Source: Eledone cirrhosa
Taxonomy: Eukaryota
Length of the DNA: 64,000 bases
Assembly (NCBI GenBank): GCA_964016885.1
Contig: CAXHJY010000565.1
Location: 124,001 to 188,000 of the forward strand
Direction of reading: 5' to 3'
Within the stretch, counting starts at the first letter, position 1. Each line of letters opens with the position of its first letter. Positions 14,457 through 29,909 of this stretch are shown one piece after another. The position numbers were made by a program, and so were the translations under genes. Below the pieces are notes generated by a model. The model had not been told where the DNA came from. It ran no database searches and worked only from the letters and a program-made list of their open reading frames with translations.

Positions 14457-15193
14457 GTGAAAAAGGAAGAAGGGAGCACCCTCTCTTTGTGCTCCCGTGG
14501 AGAAGGGTCGCACATTTTTTTCGGGGGTGTGTGTGACCCCAAAACGACCCCTCCCTATTGAGGACCTTCTTGTTACAATTTTATTTATTATATTTTTCTT
14601 ATTCGATTTATATGTAACCCCCTCCCCCATGTACATGTCCCTTTCTTTTGTGCCCTCGTGGCAAATAAACAGAAATTTGTCTGTCTGTCTGTCTATCTAT
14701 CCCTCTATCTAACTACCTATCTAGAAATATATCTATCTATCTATCTATCTGTCTGTCTATCTATATGTCTGTCTGCCTGTCCGTTTCTCCCTATCTATTT
14801 ACCTGCCTGTCTCCTATTTAATCCGTCTTCCGGTTTAACGCCACCTCCACCTCTAAACATTAGCTGTCTTTAACAAAGTCCACTCTTATTTCAAACATTC
14901 GGACCGGGTTTACAGCATGAGGAAACTTTTCTCCTGCTCCTCCTCCTTCTCTTCTACTCTCCAGCCTCGAAGTCCCTGAAAAGGGTCACGGGCACTGCCC
15001 CTCTCCCCACGCCCGAATAAACAGTAAAAAAAAAAAAGAAATGCAATTTGAAACGTATAATTGTAAATATCGAGAGTGTAGTGAGTGGAAACAGAAACAA
15101 TATAAATTATAATAGGAGTCCTTGATAACAGTAAATCACGTGGGTTTCATAGACTCCCCTGGGTACCTCCAGATTAACAATGTACAGACTTAT

Positions 15194-15219
15194 TCTATAT
15201 ATCTAAAACAGAGAATGCC

Positions 15220-15260
<41 letters not shown>

Positions 15261-15925
15261 GCATGTCTGTCTGCATATCTGTCTGTCTGTCTTACTCCCT
15301 AAAACTCGAGAGCCACCCAACCGACTTTTTTCAAACTTTACACATGTAATACTTATGGTCCTGTGAGTGTTTTGAGCAAAAAATATTTCAAATTTTCAAT
15401 GCCCTAGGGACCGCATTAGGCGATTTAGCGATCTCTTTCTGTAATTCTTAGTCTTTCTTTTTAGATAGATACATAGATATAACGTTCACCCTTATAATAT
15501 CTGTCTGTATGTCTGACTGTCTGCATTACGACATTATGACGTTATATGAATGTGTATATATGTATATATAGTGTGTGTATATATATCATTTTTATTTTCA
15601 TTTGGATTAAAACATATAACATTTTAACTAAAATATTCTACTATATAGTGTGTAACGTTTTTCGAAATATTTACTTCAGCGTTCACAGATTGATTTTTTT
15701 AGTTTCAGATCCCGTTAAGGGTGAAAGCATGTTATTTTAATATATACATATATATTGTTATACTTGGGGAGGGTCATATTTGTGTAATATTGCCAGAATT
15801 AATAACAGAACACACTCACTGTTTGGTTGGTTTTCGCTTCTGTGTCTTTTATATCGGTAATCTAATTTATTCGGTCCTCAATGTTGCCATTGACTGACAC
15901 GATTTCATATAAAAAAACCTCGCAA

Positions 15926-15959
<34 letters not shown>

Positions 15960-16098
15960 GTGTACAGATATTTTTGCATAAACAATAACAAAATATAAAG
16001 AAATGTAATTATTTCACGAGGCTCAATAAGGATAAATATATATCAAATATATAAGAACCCTAGAGCAAATCCCGAGCAACGCCGAGCCATTCTACTAG
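15194..16098 (+). mobile_element. Non-autonomous Helitron
   Basis: 5' TCtatatatc + (TCTG)n, shares 5' sequence with the 6.9 and 16.5 kb copies; 3' cccgagcaacgccgag...CTAG|T. Confidence 0.75.
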
Positions 16099-16526
16099 TA
16101 ACTTGCTAAATCCTACATAATGCCGTAACGTAGTCCAATCCCACGGCTAGCCTCCATTTTAACACTTGATTATCATTGTGCGTTGTTGTTGCTGTTGTTA
16201 TTGCTGTTATTATTATTATTGTTGTTGTTGCTGTTGTTGTTTAATTGTGTGTGTTTGATTGTTTGTTTTTTTTTGTTGTTGTTGATGTTGTTTTGTGTGT
16301 TCACTTATTTTGTTGTATTTGATCGCTTATGTTGTATGTTTTATCGCATGTTATATTGTCGTTGTTGTATTTGATCATTTGTGTTTGATCACTTGTTGTT
16401 GTGTTAGATTTCAGTCATAACATCACTTTTTCATAGTCAACCTATGAATTTTTTAGCTGACTCTCGTATTCTATAATAAATGCTAATTTCTGTGCGTATG
16501 TCGACATTGCTTTCTGATTTCTTCAA

Positions 16527-16555
16527 ATATATATATATATAAAACTGAGGATGTC

Positions 16556-16629
<74 letters not shown>

Positions 16630-17420
16630 TTTGAATCCCTAAAACTCGAGAACCACCCAACCGACTATTTTCAAACTTTACACATGTAATACTTATGTTT
16701 CAGGGAGTGTTCTGAGCAAAAACAATTTCAAATTGTCAATGCCCTAGGGCCCGCATTAGGCGATTTAGCGATCTCTCTCTATAATTCTTAGTCTTTCTCT
16801 TTTTACATAGATACATACATATAACGTCGCGCCTTTATAATATCTGTCTGTATGTCTGGCTGTCTGCATTACGTCACTTCCCTGAGGATATCTGTCTATG
16901 TGTGTGTATCTGTGAGTTTGAATCCCTAAAACTCGAGAAGTACCCAACCGATTTCTTTCAAACTTTACATGTGTATTACTTATGTTTCAGAGTCTTTAAG
17001 GTTTTTAGGCGTTACGTCTGACCGATTTCCTTGAAATTGTGACTACGTATTAGTCAGTCTCTTCTTCATACCGTGAGCAAAAAAAATCATACTTTTTTAT
17101 GGCCTAGGGCCCGCATTAGGTAAAAAACTTTCAGCTTTTTAGGTTTTTTTGGAGGCGTTACGTCTAGCCGATTTTCCAGAAATTTCAAAGCATATTATGC
17201 ACATAAAAAAATTCGTTTTCTTGATCACCTAGGGCCCGCATTAGGTGAAAACTTGCATTTTTCCTGCTTCATCGACGAAAATCTTAAAGATTATCCAGCC
17301 ATCAGAGTATTCGGTTTATTTTCTTTACATATTGTCCAGGCATGCAGTTTTTCCACGATTAGGTCTGTTGGCGGCCCGCGTTCCAAAATACCTTCTCCCG
17401 TGCAACGCCGGGTACCACTG

Positions 17421-17424
<4 letters not shown>
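16527..17424 (+). mobile_element. Non-autonomous Helitron, same family as 6939-7857
   Basis: Reverse-complement homologue of 6939-7857; ends cccgtgcaacgccggg..ctaa. Confidence 0.85.
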
Positions 17425-17481
<57 letters not shown>

Positions 17482-18579
17482 TAGGTAGTACGATGAAATA
17501 CTGGTGTTGGTACCATAACTCCTAGGGTTCACCTTGAGCCAATTCTCTGCGAAACGCGCGTAACAGGTCGATACGCAATAAATATTTTTCAAATGTAAAC
17601 AAAACTTCCGCGTTTTATATAAATATAATATATATATATAAATGAAGAATTAGAAATAGAAGCCAGGAATATCCGTCATCAGTGGTCTAATAGCCATCAT
17701 AGGTATTTCTTCGCATTACAGACCATATACCTCAAGCTAGGACGATACAATAACTAAATTGAGTTATTGGGATAAAAAGAGTTGGGTGGGGAAAGACAGA
17801 TAGGTAAACAAACACAAATGGTGAGGCAACGTAAAGAGAGGAAAAAATGAGAAAATCAAGTCAATAATTCATTTTGAACATCAGAACGTGCGAATATTGA
17901 CGAGAAGGCAAATACACATCTTGGCCGTACCAATGTGAGCTAGGAAAGAATCTCGTACGGTGTGGGACGATGGAGGAAGTAAGAGAGGGGGTGAGTAGCA
18001 GAAAGTGAGTGAGTGAATGTGTGAGGAAGAGGCTAGCCGCGAGAGGGTGACTAGCAGAGGGGGTGAGTGAAATAGAGAAGGAGAAGGAGAGAGAAGGAGG
18101 AGAGAGATAGAGGATAGCAGTAAGGGAAGATATATATATTGTGTTTAATTATCAAAGTAAATAAACCGCCAAATCAAATATGACTCTGACAGTTTTTTTT
18201 ATCGTATTCTCGTCCCAATAAAAAATCTTGCGTTCAAATCATTCGCTACAATGTGTGTACCTAGTATAGGGTATCCGATAGTCAACAAAGAATATCTTTT
18301 TCTAAAATCGATACAGGTTCGAATATTATCGAAGCTATTGTGCGGCGCAGCTTAAAGCTGTGTCATACCTGTTTTTATTACTGGTTATAAACTGGTCCTG
18401 GCAAGAATTCCAGAGATACGGACTTTGATTCTCCGTAGTGGCAGCTAGCTACTTTATTCTGTCTCTAAGAGTATTTTACCTAATCAACTGTTGCTACGGT
18501 TATTTTCTGTGTTTACTTTCCCACATTTCAAATTTTAAATCATCCAAGCGCCTCGATAAATCATATATATATATGATGC

Positions 18580-18646
<67 letters not shown>

Positions 18647-18714
18647 CAAGGTCTAGCAAATAGAGAAAAAGTTTTAAAATAAATTTTTAAAAATTCGCTG
18701 TACTTACTATATGT

Positions 18715-18796
18715 GCCTTTACCGCGGTTTCAAGTTCCAGAATAAACAGATAATCCAAGCGGACTTCTATTGAGAAGGGAACCATCTTCAGAAGGC
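18715..18796 (-). ncRNA. Type I hammerhead ribozyme
   Basis: Minus strand: gcctt CTGAAGA tggttcc...ggaactt GAAAC CGCG GTA aaggc. Confidence 0.85.
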
Positions 18797-18883
18797 TCTT
18801 CTCACTCGGAGAATATAAAATTCCCGAGTTCAAATCACAAACTGACGCCATACAAAATCATTCCCAGATGAGGTATGCATACT

Positions 18884-18914
<31 letters not shown>

Positions 18915-18921
18915 ATATATG

Positions 18922-19090
<169 letters not shown>

Positions 19091-19281
19091 GTGTGTCTGT
19101 GTGTGCATATATATATAATTGAATATAAAAGAGAGATAAATGCAGATATAAACATATGTGTTCAAATCGTAACGTACCAGATTCGCTAGGGTGAAAAAAA
19201 AATACTATTAACAATAGGGTTTGCCAGACTCAATTTAAAACAATAAATCAAGAAAAGAAATGCAAACCGATATTGGGCAAA

Positions 19282-19358
19282 ACACCCAGACACCTTTGGT
19301 AGATTGTTTCGCAATTTTAGCGAAAGGAATTACCAATTCTTTGCTCATCAGTGGGTGT
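19282..19358 (-). ncRNA. Type I hammerhead ribozyme inside a fold-back element (about 19113-19605)
   Basis: Minus strand: acaccca CTGATGA gcaa...ttgc GAAAC aatctaccaaaggt GTC tgggtgt; imperfect inverted arms about 19113-19180 and 19535-19605. Confidence 0.82.
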
Positions 19359-19729
19359 AAAATTAGTAAGCCCTTCACTTCTAAGTATCTCAGAAGACTG
19401 AATAGTGTTCGAATATAAAATAACGCAATGGCATCAGACCCTAGCGTGTGTCATAAACACACTACTATGAATAGCAGCCAAGTTTATAGGCCATTTAAAT
19501 TAGCATACAAAATTGATAGAGCCGACTATATCAAAGGTCCCTTACGAATTGAACACATATATATTTATATCTGTGTTAATCTCTCTTTTATATTCAATTA
19601 TATTACACGGTTCAGAAAAACCTCTTTCTTTGTGCTATTTAATTGTAAGAGACTTTTTTGAGTTTCTAACTCAATATATACCTTTGATATATACATACAT
19701 ATACATTTATATATACATACATATACATT

Positions 19730-19788
<59 letters not shown>

Positions 19789-19791
<3 letters not shown>

Positions 19792-20105
19792 TGTATGTAT
19801 AGTATATTTGGCAATATACCGTATGTTTAATTTAAAACATTTTAAAGACCTTGCGCTATCATTTTTAAAGTAGTGCTTTATTCGGCAAAAGAAGAGAGAG
19901 AACCTGACAGATTCTGTTTCACGCTGTTGGCGATCCTCAGAGAATTGCCGAAAATTATAGAGGTTGGATTCTTATAGAATCCCAGTAATAATCAGAAGCT
20001 GATTATACAGAGCGATTGCCGGTCCAGCAAAAGTTAAAAATTAGGATTGGTGCTCTGAAATAGCGATGTATACATGAATGTATGTATAGTATATTTGGCA
20101 ATATA
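19789..20105 (-). mobile_element. 287-bp retrozyme-like monomer with terminal redundancy (HHR 19901-19946)
   Basis: Direct repeat gaatgtatgtatagtatatttggcaatata at 19789 and 20076; CTGAGGA tcgccaacagcgt GAAAC agaatct GTC; homologous to the 310-bp unit. Confidence 0.8.
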
Positions 20106-20412
20106 TAGTATATTTGTACACAGATTCAACATGGTTCCTTGTTCCCTCCCCTTCTCTCTCTCCTTCTCTCTCTCTCACCCTTTCTCTCTTTCTCTCTTTC
20201 TCTCTCTCTCACTCTCTCTCTCTTCTTTTTCTTCTTTTTGATACGTTCAGAATCCATTTGGTTAGTCGTGTGTACATTGTTGTCATCTTAGTCATATATG
20301 TTCATGAACTGGCTTCTGATCTCCCGGTCACAGTACTGACTAGTTTGCAATATAGTTGATGTTTGAAATGTTCCGCTGTTATCTTGCATGTTATTCTATT
20401 TGTTTGATTAAA

Positions 20413-20443
<31 letters not shown>

Positions 20444-20561
20444 GTGTTGCTGGTGGTGGTGGTGGTGAGTGTACGTATGTGGGCATGTCTGAGTACATGT
20501 ATATGTGAGTGCTTATCTGTATGTATGTGTGTGTGTATGTGTGTGTGTGTGTATATATATA

Positions 20562-20592
<31 letters not shown>

Positions 20593-20622
20593 CTGTGTGT
20601 GTGTCTGTGTGTGTGGGGGGGG

Positions 20623-20739
<117 letters not shown>

Positions 20740-21449
20740 TTTGTTTGTTTGTTTGTTTTTATACACTTAGTGCATGTTTAATTCGTGATATAATTTCAAA
20801 GTGATTAAGTTACGTTTTTTGCATGTTTGACTCTGTCGCGGGAATTAATAAATGAAACCAGTAATAAAATCTATATTTTCTGTCGTTTTGTTTGTCTTCT
20901 TAGATTTATATTTCTTATGACAACCGATTTCTTCTGGTGCTGGTAAAGCTCTGAAATATTGATTAGTGAACGCGATGCTCCGTTACGGCCTTCTATGTTA
21001 AAGTTTAAACATACTAAATATCACATAAAAGAAATGAGTTCCTTGAAGCATCACATACTTTGGATTCATTAACAGTTTGTGCTTGTACTACCCTCTACAC
21101 CCAAATGACCCTTTCTATGTTGGATTTCTGTTAAATACTTCAGAACTATATTCCTTTGAAACTTATATTACTCTCCATATCATAATCCTTTGAAATAATA
21201 AATAGCTTTATATAATTTTCTATTAACGCCTCTTATTTATTCTTAAGTCTAGGTTTGAAAAGGCTCTGACCAGTACCTCGGCACCTCAGTCTAATGAACA
21301 GTAAATTATGTAAGTTGTATGCACCCTATATTTTTATGCACCCGATATTTGTTGGTTTTTATTTAGGCAGTAATTTAAAAAATTAAAATAAAATACCACA
21401 GCTCCGTACATTGCAGGCTTGTAGATTTTTTGTTGAATAACTGTTGTTG

Positions 21450-22066
21450 CGTATAAGATAAATCCGGCTATCGGGCGACTCTATTGAGATCACCCCGACG
21501 GTTCCTTTTAGTCGGGAAGGCGGGCAGTTATCACTTGTCTAGTGGCTATCGTGAGAGCGATTTTGTAGTGGACGAGACTGAAATGATTAAAGACACATAC
21601 ATTCTTCTTCGGTCAAGCACACATCGACGTCTGTAAGTTCCACTTGAAGTGTAAGACGTGTGTGAAAAGGAAAGTACTTCACCCCATCCCCTCCTTCAGT
21701 ATATTGTTTAAAAGGTGAATGAGTGTAGCCAGAATAAACCCGAGTGAATGAGCCTACTCCAAGTATGCACCTGTATGCTGAAAAATTGGAAAAACTGAAG
21801 AGGAGCCGTTGTAGATCAGGGTGAGTCAAGTTACAAGCACTGGATGTTACATGATTGGCCGTAGATAACTGTGCCCCTTACTAAGAACTTTTTATTTGGT
21901 TCTATTTTATGCTATTCTTAGTTATTTTTTACCTGACTACATGTAACCGTCTACCACCCCACTGTGCTTTGTATCTTGTTATTGTTCCGTCTTAATCATT
22001 TTATGGGATTGTGGCAGTCTTTGTATTTCCCCAATGTATTTAGCCCTTGTGACCAATAAAAGAAAT
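21450..22066 (+). mobile_element. Degenerate Tx1-like 3' fragment
   Basis: WTRLK..KTHTFF.GQ remnant; tail gcccttgtgaccaataaaagaaat like the other Tx1 tails. Confidence 0.65.
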
Positions 22067-22084
22067 CATTACAATTATAGTCAT

Positions 22085-22270
22085 CAGAGTGGTGGATTGG
22101 CAGAATAGAATACGGCCCTTTACGGTCTGAGTTCAAATCTCGCCGAGGTCAACTTTGCCTTTCATCCTTACGAGGTCGATAAAATTAAGTACCAGTCATG
22201 CACTGGGATCGATTTAATCGACTTTCTCCTCCCCAAAATTGTTGGCCTTGCGCCTAAATCAGAATCCATT
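22085..22270 (+). mobile_element. tRNA-derived SINE
   Basis: A-box-like ttggcagaat, B-box gagttcaaatctc, then actttgcctttcatcct..gtcgataaaa. Confidence 0.75.
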
Positions 22271-22319
22271 ATCATCATCATCGTCATCATCATCATCATT
22301 AGTAGTATTATCATTAGGA

Positions 22320-22520
22320 AGACGGATTGGCAGCATGGAACAAAATGCTTTGCGGTATTTAGTTACAACTTTCTACGTTCAAATCCCACCAAGGTTAACT
22401 TTGCCTTTCATCACCTCCGGGGTTAATAAAATAAAGTATTAGTAACGTACTGGGGTCGATTTGATCGACTTTTCCCTCTTCCCTTCAAATTGCTGGCCTT
22501 GTGCCAAAAGTAAAAACAAT
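22320..22520 (+). mobile_element. tRNA-derived SINE (second copy)
   Basis: gttcaaatccc...actttgcctttcatc...tactggggtcgat...ttgctggccttgtgccaaaa. Confidence 0.72.
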
Positions 22521-22766
22521 TATTATTACAACTATCATATTATGCCAACAACGGATATCATTTTTCATAACTTTAACTCTAAATCATCTACAACAAGCAA
22601 AACAGCTATTATATTGCTGTCGTTTTTCTTCATTTTTCTACATAGACGATGACCCCACCACCACCACAACCACCACCACCATCAACCCCGGTCCTATACC
22701 CCTTAAGCTGTATTCTACTACTATTACTACTATACCTACTACACCCCATATCATCATAAACACGCA

Positions 22767-22893
<127 letters not shown>

Positions 22894-23726
22894 CCTCACT
22901 TCTCCCCTCCACTTGTTTTGACGTGACATTACATTTGCTTTCATGGGATATTCTGGGTCTCCTCTGAAGATTGTTTTGATGTCTTCAGGGAATTTTTTTT
23001 TTTTTTGTATTCTTTTTGTTTCTTTAATTCATCTTTAGTACAACTAAACTTTCCTTCGAAAGATGTTTACATCATATGCATGACTGGTATTTTACAAGGT
23101 CACATCACACAACCTACTGTTTCATTGTTGTTGTTTTCTTCTGTTTACATTATTTTACCTACAATTACTTTCTGAATGAGGGTCGTTTGACAGAGGAGAA
23201 CCAATTGACTTCTTTCTACATAACGGGAAAGGAAGAGATAAAATACTTGTTTATCGCACAAGCACAGACTTGTGAATGGCCAACCGTGTAAGATGTTGTA
23301 TCAACACACTTGAACAAGGAGCTTGCCCTTCCTATCCAATGACCAATGACCGGCATTGCGTTCTTCGATCCAACCCATCTAAAGAGTTGCAGGTTATGAG
23401 GGTAGGGTTATTTATAGAGGCAGCCGGAGCACGTTTGTAGTTGATCTTCTTCTTAGATTTGAAATCCCGCCAAACTCGACATTGCCTTCCGGGGTCAATA
23501 CAATATCGAACCAGTCAACTATTGGGGTCAATTTAACTTAATCTTTCCCTTCCCCACAAATTGCTGTCCTTGTGTCTGAAGTAGAAATCATTATTACTAT
23601 TTTTCGTCTTCTACTCTTCCCCCTGCTCCTGCTCCTCCTTTAGCCACAGGTCAACTTCGATTGAGAAGACCTGTGACCTAATACAATCAAGCCGTGTCCC
23701 TCCGTTCTTATTCTCTTATTCTAGAC

Positions 23727-24018
23727 CAGGCATGGGCAGCCTTTTTCGAAAGACTGGCCGCAAGATATATGACTCATCGTCAGGCGGCCCGCAAGCGCTG
23801 ATTTACATTCGTGCCCACATTTAAAGAAAAGGGCAATAACTCAGGTTGTTTTGATTTGTTTCTTCAGAATCCGTACACGTTGTTTTCCTAGATCGTAAAA
23901 ATGCTAGAAAGATAAATTACAACTGAAATGTTGGGGTAAAAAAATTAGGAAGCTTTCACTTAGGTGACTGAGGCGAGCCATTGAGAAAGCTTCGCGGGCC
24001 GCAGGTTGCTCATGTCTG
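23727..24018. mobile_element. hAT (Charlie-like) MITE
   Basis: TIRs CAGGCATGGGCAGCCT / AGGTTGCTCATGTCTG; perfect 8-bp TSD TTCTAGAC. Confidence 0.88.
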
Positions 24019-24102
24019 TTCTAGACCTACATTAGTGGTCAAACCAGCGGCTAGCATGCCACATGTTGGATTATGTTGGATGAGCTCGTTATATATTTGC
24101 AG

Positions 24103-24185
<83 letters not shown>

Positions 24186-24384
24186 GGGATAACAAATTAT
24201 TGTTATAGGTAGTCCACTTAGGTGTAGTCCAGTTAGGGTACTCCGAGTAGTGGATAGTATTAACGCTTGGCTAAGTTTGACTCAACAAGACATTTCCATA
24301 GTGATGTTCCAAGTACGCAGTGATTTCTATGTAGTTTACACTTGGAGTAATGGTAAATCAAGAAAGAATAGTGACACGGTTTGC

Positions 24385-24653
24385 TATACAATAAGGGCTT
24401 TAATCACATTGCTGACAATTGTTTCTCTGAACTGGTAGGAATAGAGATCGCTACCCACCTGTTTTTGCGTCAATCGATCACCAATACTTTGTTATAACCT
24501 TCTGCTATAACATTCTCGCATGCTCTGAAGAATAGTCTGGTTATAACAAAGTATTGGTGATCGATTGACGCAAAAACAGGTGGGTAGCGATCTCTAGACC
24601 TACCAGTTCAGAGAAACAATTGTCAGCAATGTGATTAAAGCCCTTATTGTATA
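24385..24653. repeat. Fold-back (about 115-bp arms) with a + strand hammerhead at 24519-24631
   Basis: Arms 24385-24499 and 24539-24653; catgct CTGAAGA ...long stem II... GAAAC AATT GTC agcaatg. Confidence 0.75.
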
Positions 24654-24705
24654 CCATGTCATGTCACAACAAAGCACTTATTGTAAACCATATCACTTTT
24701 CTTTC

Positions 24706-24734
<29 letters not shown>

Positions 24735-24742
<8 letters not shown>

Positions 24743-25345
24743 GTGAGGTTTTTTTTACAAAATGAAAAATAACCGAGGTGTCCTACACGAGTGAAAGTAT
24801 AAAGAAAAAGAGATGAAATCGAAAATGCAACTGGAGTCTTATTTTTTTTTTAAATATATATATTTATTTGGTTCCTTTACCGGTTTCGCAGTTCTTCTGC
24901 TTTTCAAAAGGTGAGTTGAGATGGAGGGTCTGTGGTTTTTCTCACATCTGGTTGGTCTCTAAATGTTACTTGTTTTATATGGAAAAAGTGGCTCGAAATG
25001 CCAGGTTTTTCGAGAAGTAATTTGATTGGTTTGTCAATAATTATAATAAATTTCGAGCCAGTTCGCGTTACAATAGTTCTTCAAATAAGAGGGGGGGGTT
25101 GTCACAGGTTGTTTTTTCATATATGAGTGTTTGAATTTCTTTTTACTTGAAAAAAGGAGGCTCACGAAGGCTTTTTTTTTTGGTTGGTTATAAATGAAAT
25201 TTGGCTGTCACGTGAACAAGTTTTCATTACATTTTTGCGCCCTTATTTGGAAAACTATTCTGTAGTCTTTATAGTGAATGTTATGACAATGGAGAGATAG
25301 TGGTCAAGAGAAAAGGGATTGGGAGAAATGTTCTGGTTCAGTGAA
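24735..25345 (-). mobile_element. Inverted PLE terminal repeat carrying a U3:A8 hammerhead (24874-24911)
   Basis: Minus strand: cctt TTGAAAA gcag aagaa ctgc GAAAC CG GTA aagg; abuts a PLE RT fragment in opposite orientation. Confidence 0.72.
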
Positions 25346-25349
25346 TATG

Positions 25350-25600
25350 GTCAGCTCGGGGACTGCGATGGGTACAAAAGCCGCTCCAACTTATGCCAAC
25401 TTAGTCATGGCATACTTAGAAGTCCAGATATATGAACAGTCCAAATCAAAATACGGATTGAACTTCCACAAATATTTATCAGAGAATTGGAAACGCTACT
25501 TGGATGATTGCCTCATTCTTTGGTCCCACACACTCGACCAACTGAAGGATTTCAAAAACAATATATAACAGTTTTAACAACAATTTTAAATAGAACATTT
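25350..25600 (+). pseudogene. Penelope-like reverse transcriptase fragment
   Basis: GTAMGTKAAPTYANLVMAYLE...[12 protein letters not shown] (PLE RT motifs B'/C). Confidence 0.88.
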
Positions 25601-25939
25601 GCATATATATAAGTATATATATATATATATATAAGTATATATATATATAAGTATATATATATATATATATATAAGTATATATATATATATATATAAGTAT
25701 ATATATATATATAAACATATATAAGTATATATATATAAACATATATAAGTATATATATATATATAAGTATATATATAGATATATATATATAAGTATATAT
25801 ATAGATATATATATATATATATATATATATACTTATATATATATAATTATGTATATATCAATATATATACTTATATATATATCTATATATATATACTTAT
25901 ATATATATCTACATATATACTTATATATATATATATATA

Positions 25940-26053
<114 letters not shown>

Positions 26054-26155
26054 TATATATATATGAAGTATATATATATATATATAAGTATATATATATA
26101 AAGTATATATATATATATATATAAGTATATATATATATAAGTATATATATATAAA

Positions 26156-26206
<51 letters not shown>

Positions 26207-26480
26207 TATATATATATGAAGTATATATATATAAGTATATATATATAAAGTATATATATATATATAATTATATATATATAAAGTATATATATATATATAA
26301 AGTATATATATATATAAGTATATATATATAAAGTATATATATATATATAAGTATATATATATATATAAGTATATATATATAAAGTATATATATATATATA
26401 AGTATATATATATATATAAGTATATATATATATATATATATATATAAGTATAAATATATATATAAGTATATATATATATA

Positions 26481-27297
26481 GTGGGAAATGAAATATCGTT
26501 TCATTTTTTCCGTTTATCGTTTTCGGTGCACCCGGCCGATTAACCCACTCGATATGCAAATTGGGCTACTCAGCCGTTAATATGCATAAGGTAAGTATAT
26601 ACGTTCAACAATCTGGCAGGAAGGTATACGTTGCTGACGATAGCTAACAAGCTTGAAACTAGTACAGCGTTCCTTTGTCAGTGTTGAACAAACGAGCAAC
26701 GGTGGTTGCTAGACACTACGGCTTAATACGGGATGTTTGTTTACAAACACACCGAGCATTATAATAAATGTTCGGTGAATCCATGCGTGCATATATATAT
26801 GTGTGCATGTATGTATATATGTATATGCATACTACTGTACGTCGGTATACATATATGTATGTACGTGTACATACTTATATTTAAGTAACAGCCGTACTAA
26901 GAGTGGGAAATGAAATATCGTTTCATTTTTTCCGTCTATCGTTTTCGGTGCACCCTGCCGATTAACCCACTCGATATGCAAATTGGGTTATTCAGCCGTT
27001 AATATGCATAAGGTAAGTATATACGTTCAACAATCTGGCAGGAAAGTATACGTTGCTGACGATAGCTAACAAGCTTGAAATTAGTACAGCGTTCCTTTGT
27101 CAGTGTTGAACAAACGAGCAACGGTGGTTGCTAGACACTACGGCTTAATACGGGATGTTTGTTTACAAACACACCGAGCATTATAATAAATGTTCGGTGA
27201 ATCCATACGTGCATATATATATGTGTGCATGTATGTATATATGTATATGCATACTACTGTACGTCGGTATACATATATGTATGTACGTGTACATACT

Positions 27298-27300
<3 letters not shown>
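26481..27300 (+). mobile_element. Tandem dimer of a 422-bp retrozyme-like unit (HHRs 26628-26670 and 27050-27092)
   Basis: Units start at 26481 and 26903; acgttg CTGACGA tagct aaca agctt GAAAC TA GTA cagcgt (second copy GAAAT); embedded in (TA)n. Confidence 0.88.
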
Positions 27301-27377
<77 letters not shown>

Positions 27378-27380
27378 AAT

Positions 27381-28795
<1,415 letters not shown>

Positions 28796-28801
28796 ATATA
28801 A

Positions 28802-28866
<65 letters not shown>

Positions 28867-28914
28867 TATATAAATATATATATATATATAAGTATATAAA
28901 TATATATATATAAG

Positions 28915-28946
<32 letters not shown>

Positions 28947-28988
28947 AGTATATATATATATAAGTATATAAGTATATATATATATAAG

Positions 28989-29034
<46 letters not shown>

Positions 29035-29590
29035 TATGCAAAAGTTTTATTTAAGATTGTTGGGTTACAACGAGTAAATATTTATAACTGATATAAAAGC
29101 ACTAAACAGTTTCTAGAGTAGGTTTACGATATTAAACAAATGGAAACTATATTTATAAAACCATATTTATTTCGTTATATATATTTCTGGGATATCATAT
29201 TAAAAATATGTTATGCCTTCCTCAGACAAAATACAATACTTAAGCTGTTTTATAAATAATTAGTGACATACCTTGTGATAATGCAACTTCCTTTTAAAAA
29301 GTTGATTTGGTAGTGAAACTGTTATGATAGTTATATAGAAAGAAAACGAAGATGAGAAGAAGAAGATGAAGAGATGTATGCAAATAAAAAAAAAGAAGAA
29401 GATGAAGAGATGTATGCAAAGAATAACAACGGAGCGAGATAGAGAGACAAGGAGAGAGAGAAATACATTGATGGTGAAAAAAACATAGTAGGCTGCTTTT
29501 TGACAGATGATCATCGTATATGTGAGAGGTTAAGGGAAGGGATACAGTTAAATTAGTGTATAGGAGAAAAAGAAAGAAAGATGATATGTT
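29035..29590 (-). mobile_element. Solo terminal repeat of the GIY-YIG PLE family (HHR 29169-29232)
   Basis: Homologous to 60500-60971 and 57622-57710; attttgt CTGAGGA aggcat...atccca GAAAT ATAT ATA acgaaat. Confidence 0.82.
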
Positions 29591-29605
29591 TAAAATATAT
29601 TAAAA

Positions 29606-29638
<33 letters not shown>

Positions 29639-29909
29639 AGTATATAAATATATATATATAAGTATATATATATAAGTATATAAATATATATATATAAGTA
29701 TATAAATATATATATATAAGTATATAAATATATATATATAAGTATATAAATATATATATATAAGTATATAAATATATATATATAAGTATATAAATATATA
29801 TATATAAGTATATATTTTGAGTTTATGTTGGTTGTATACCAACACCTCAGTATGCAGGCTGGAGCACTCGACGAAGAGCGCAGGTTGGTTTGGTTACTCC
29901 GGAGTAGTG

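Larger units (their letters stand above)
9095..14678 (+). mobile_element. Near full-length Tx1/L1-clade LINE (frameshifted)
   Basis: ORF1 with CCHC knuckle; ORF2 with APE, RT and C-terminal zinc domain; flanked by (TCTA/TCTG)n. Confidence 0.93.

Noticed and set aside
6939-17424. Inverted Helitron pair as TIRs of a 10-kb composite transposon
   Set aside because: Each copy has its own Helitron termini and distinct indels, and there is no TSD; independent insertions are simpler
17479-17700. Possible hammerheads (GAAACGCGCGTA at 17551; CTGATGA on minus near 17680)
   Set aside because: Each is only half a core; probably truncated remnants
20904-20942. Possible 39-nt host exon (ttcttag|ATTTAT...GTGCTG|gtaaag)
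   Set aside because: Only splice-like dinucleotides; no homology or partner exons identifiable without RNA-seq
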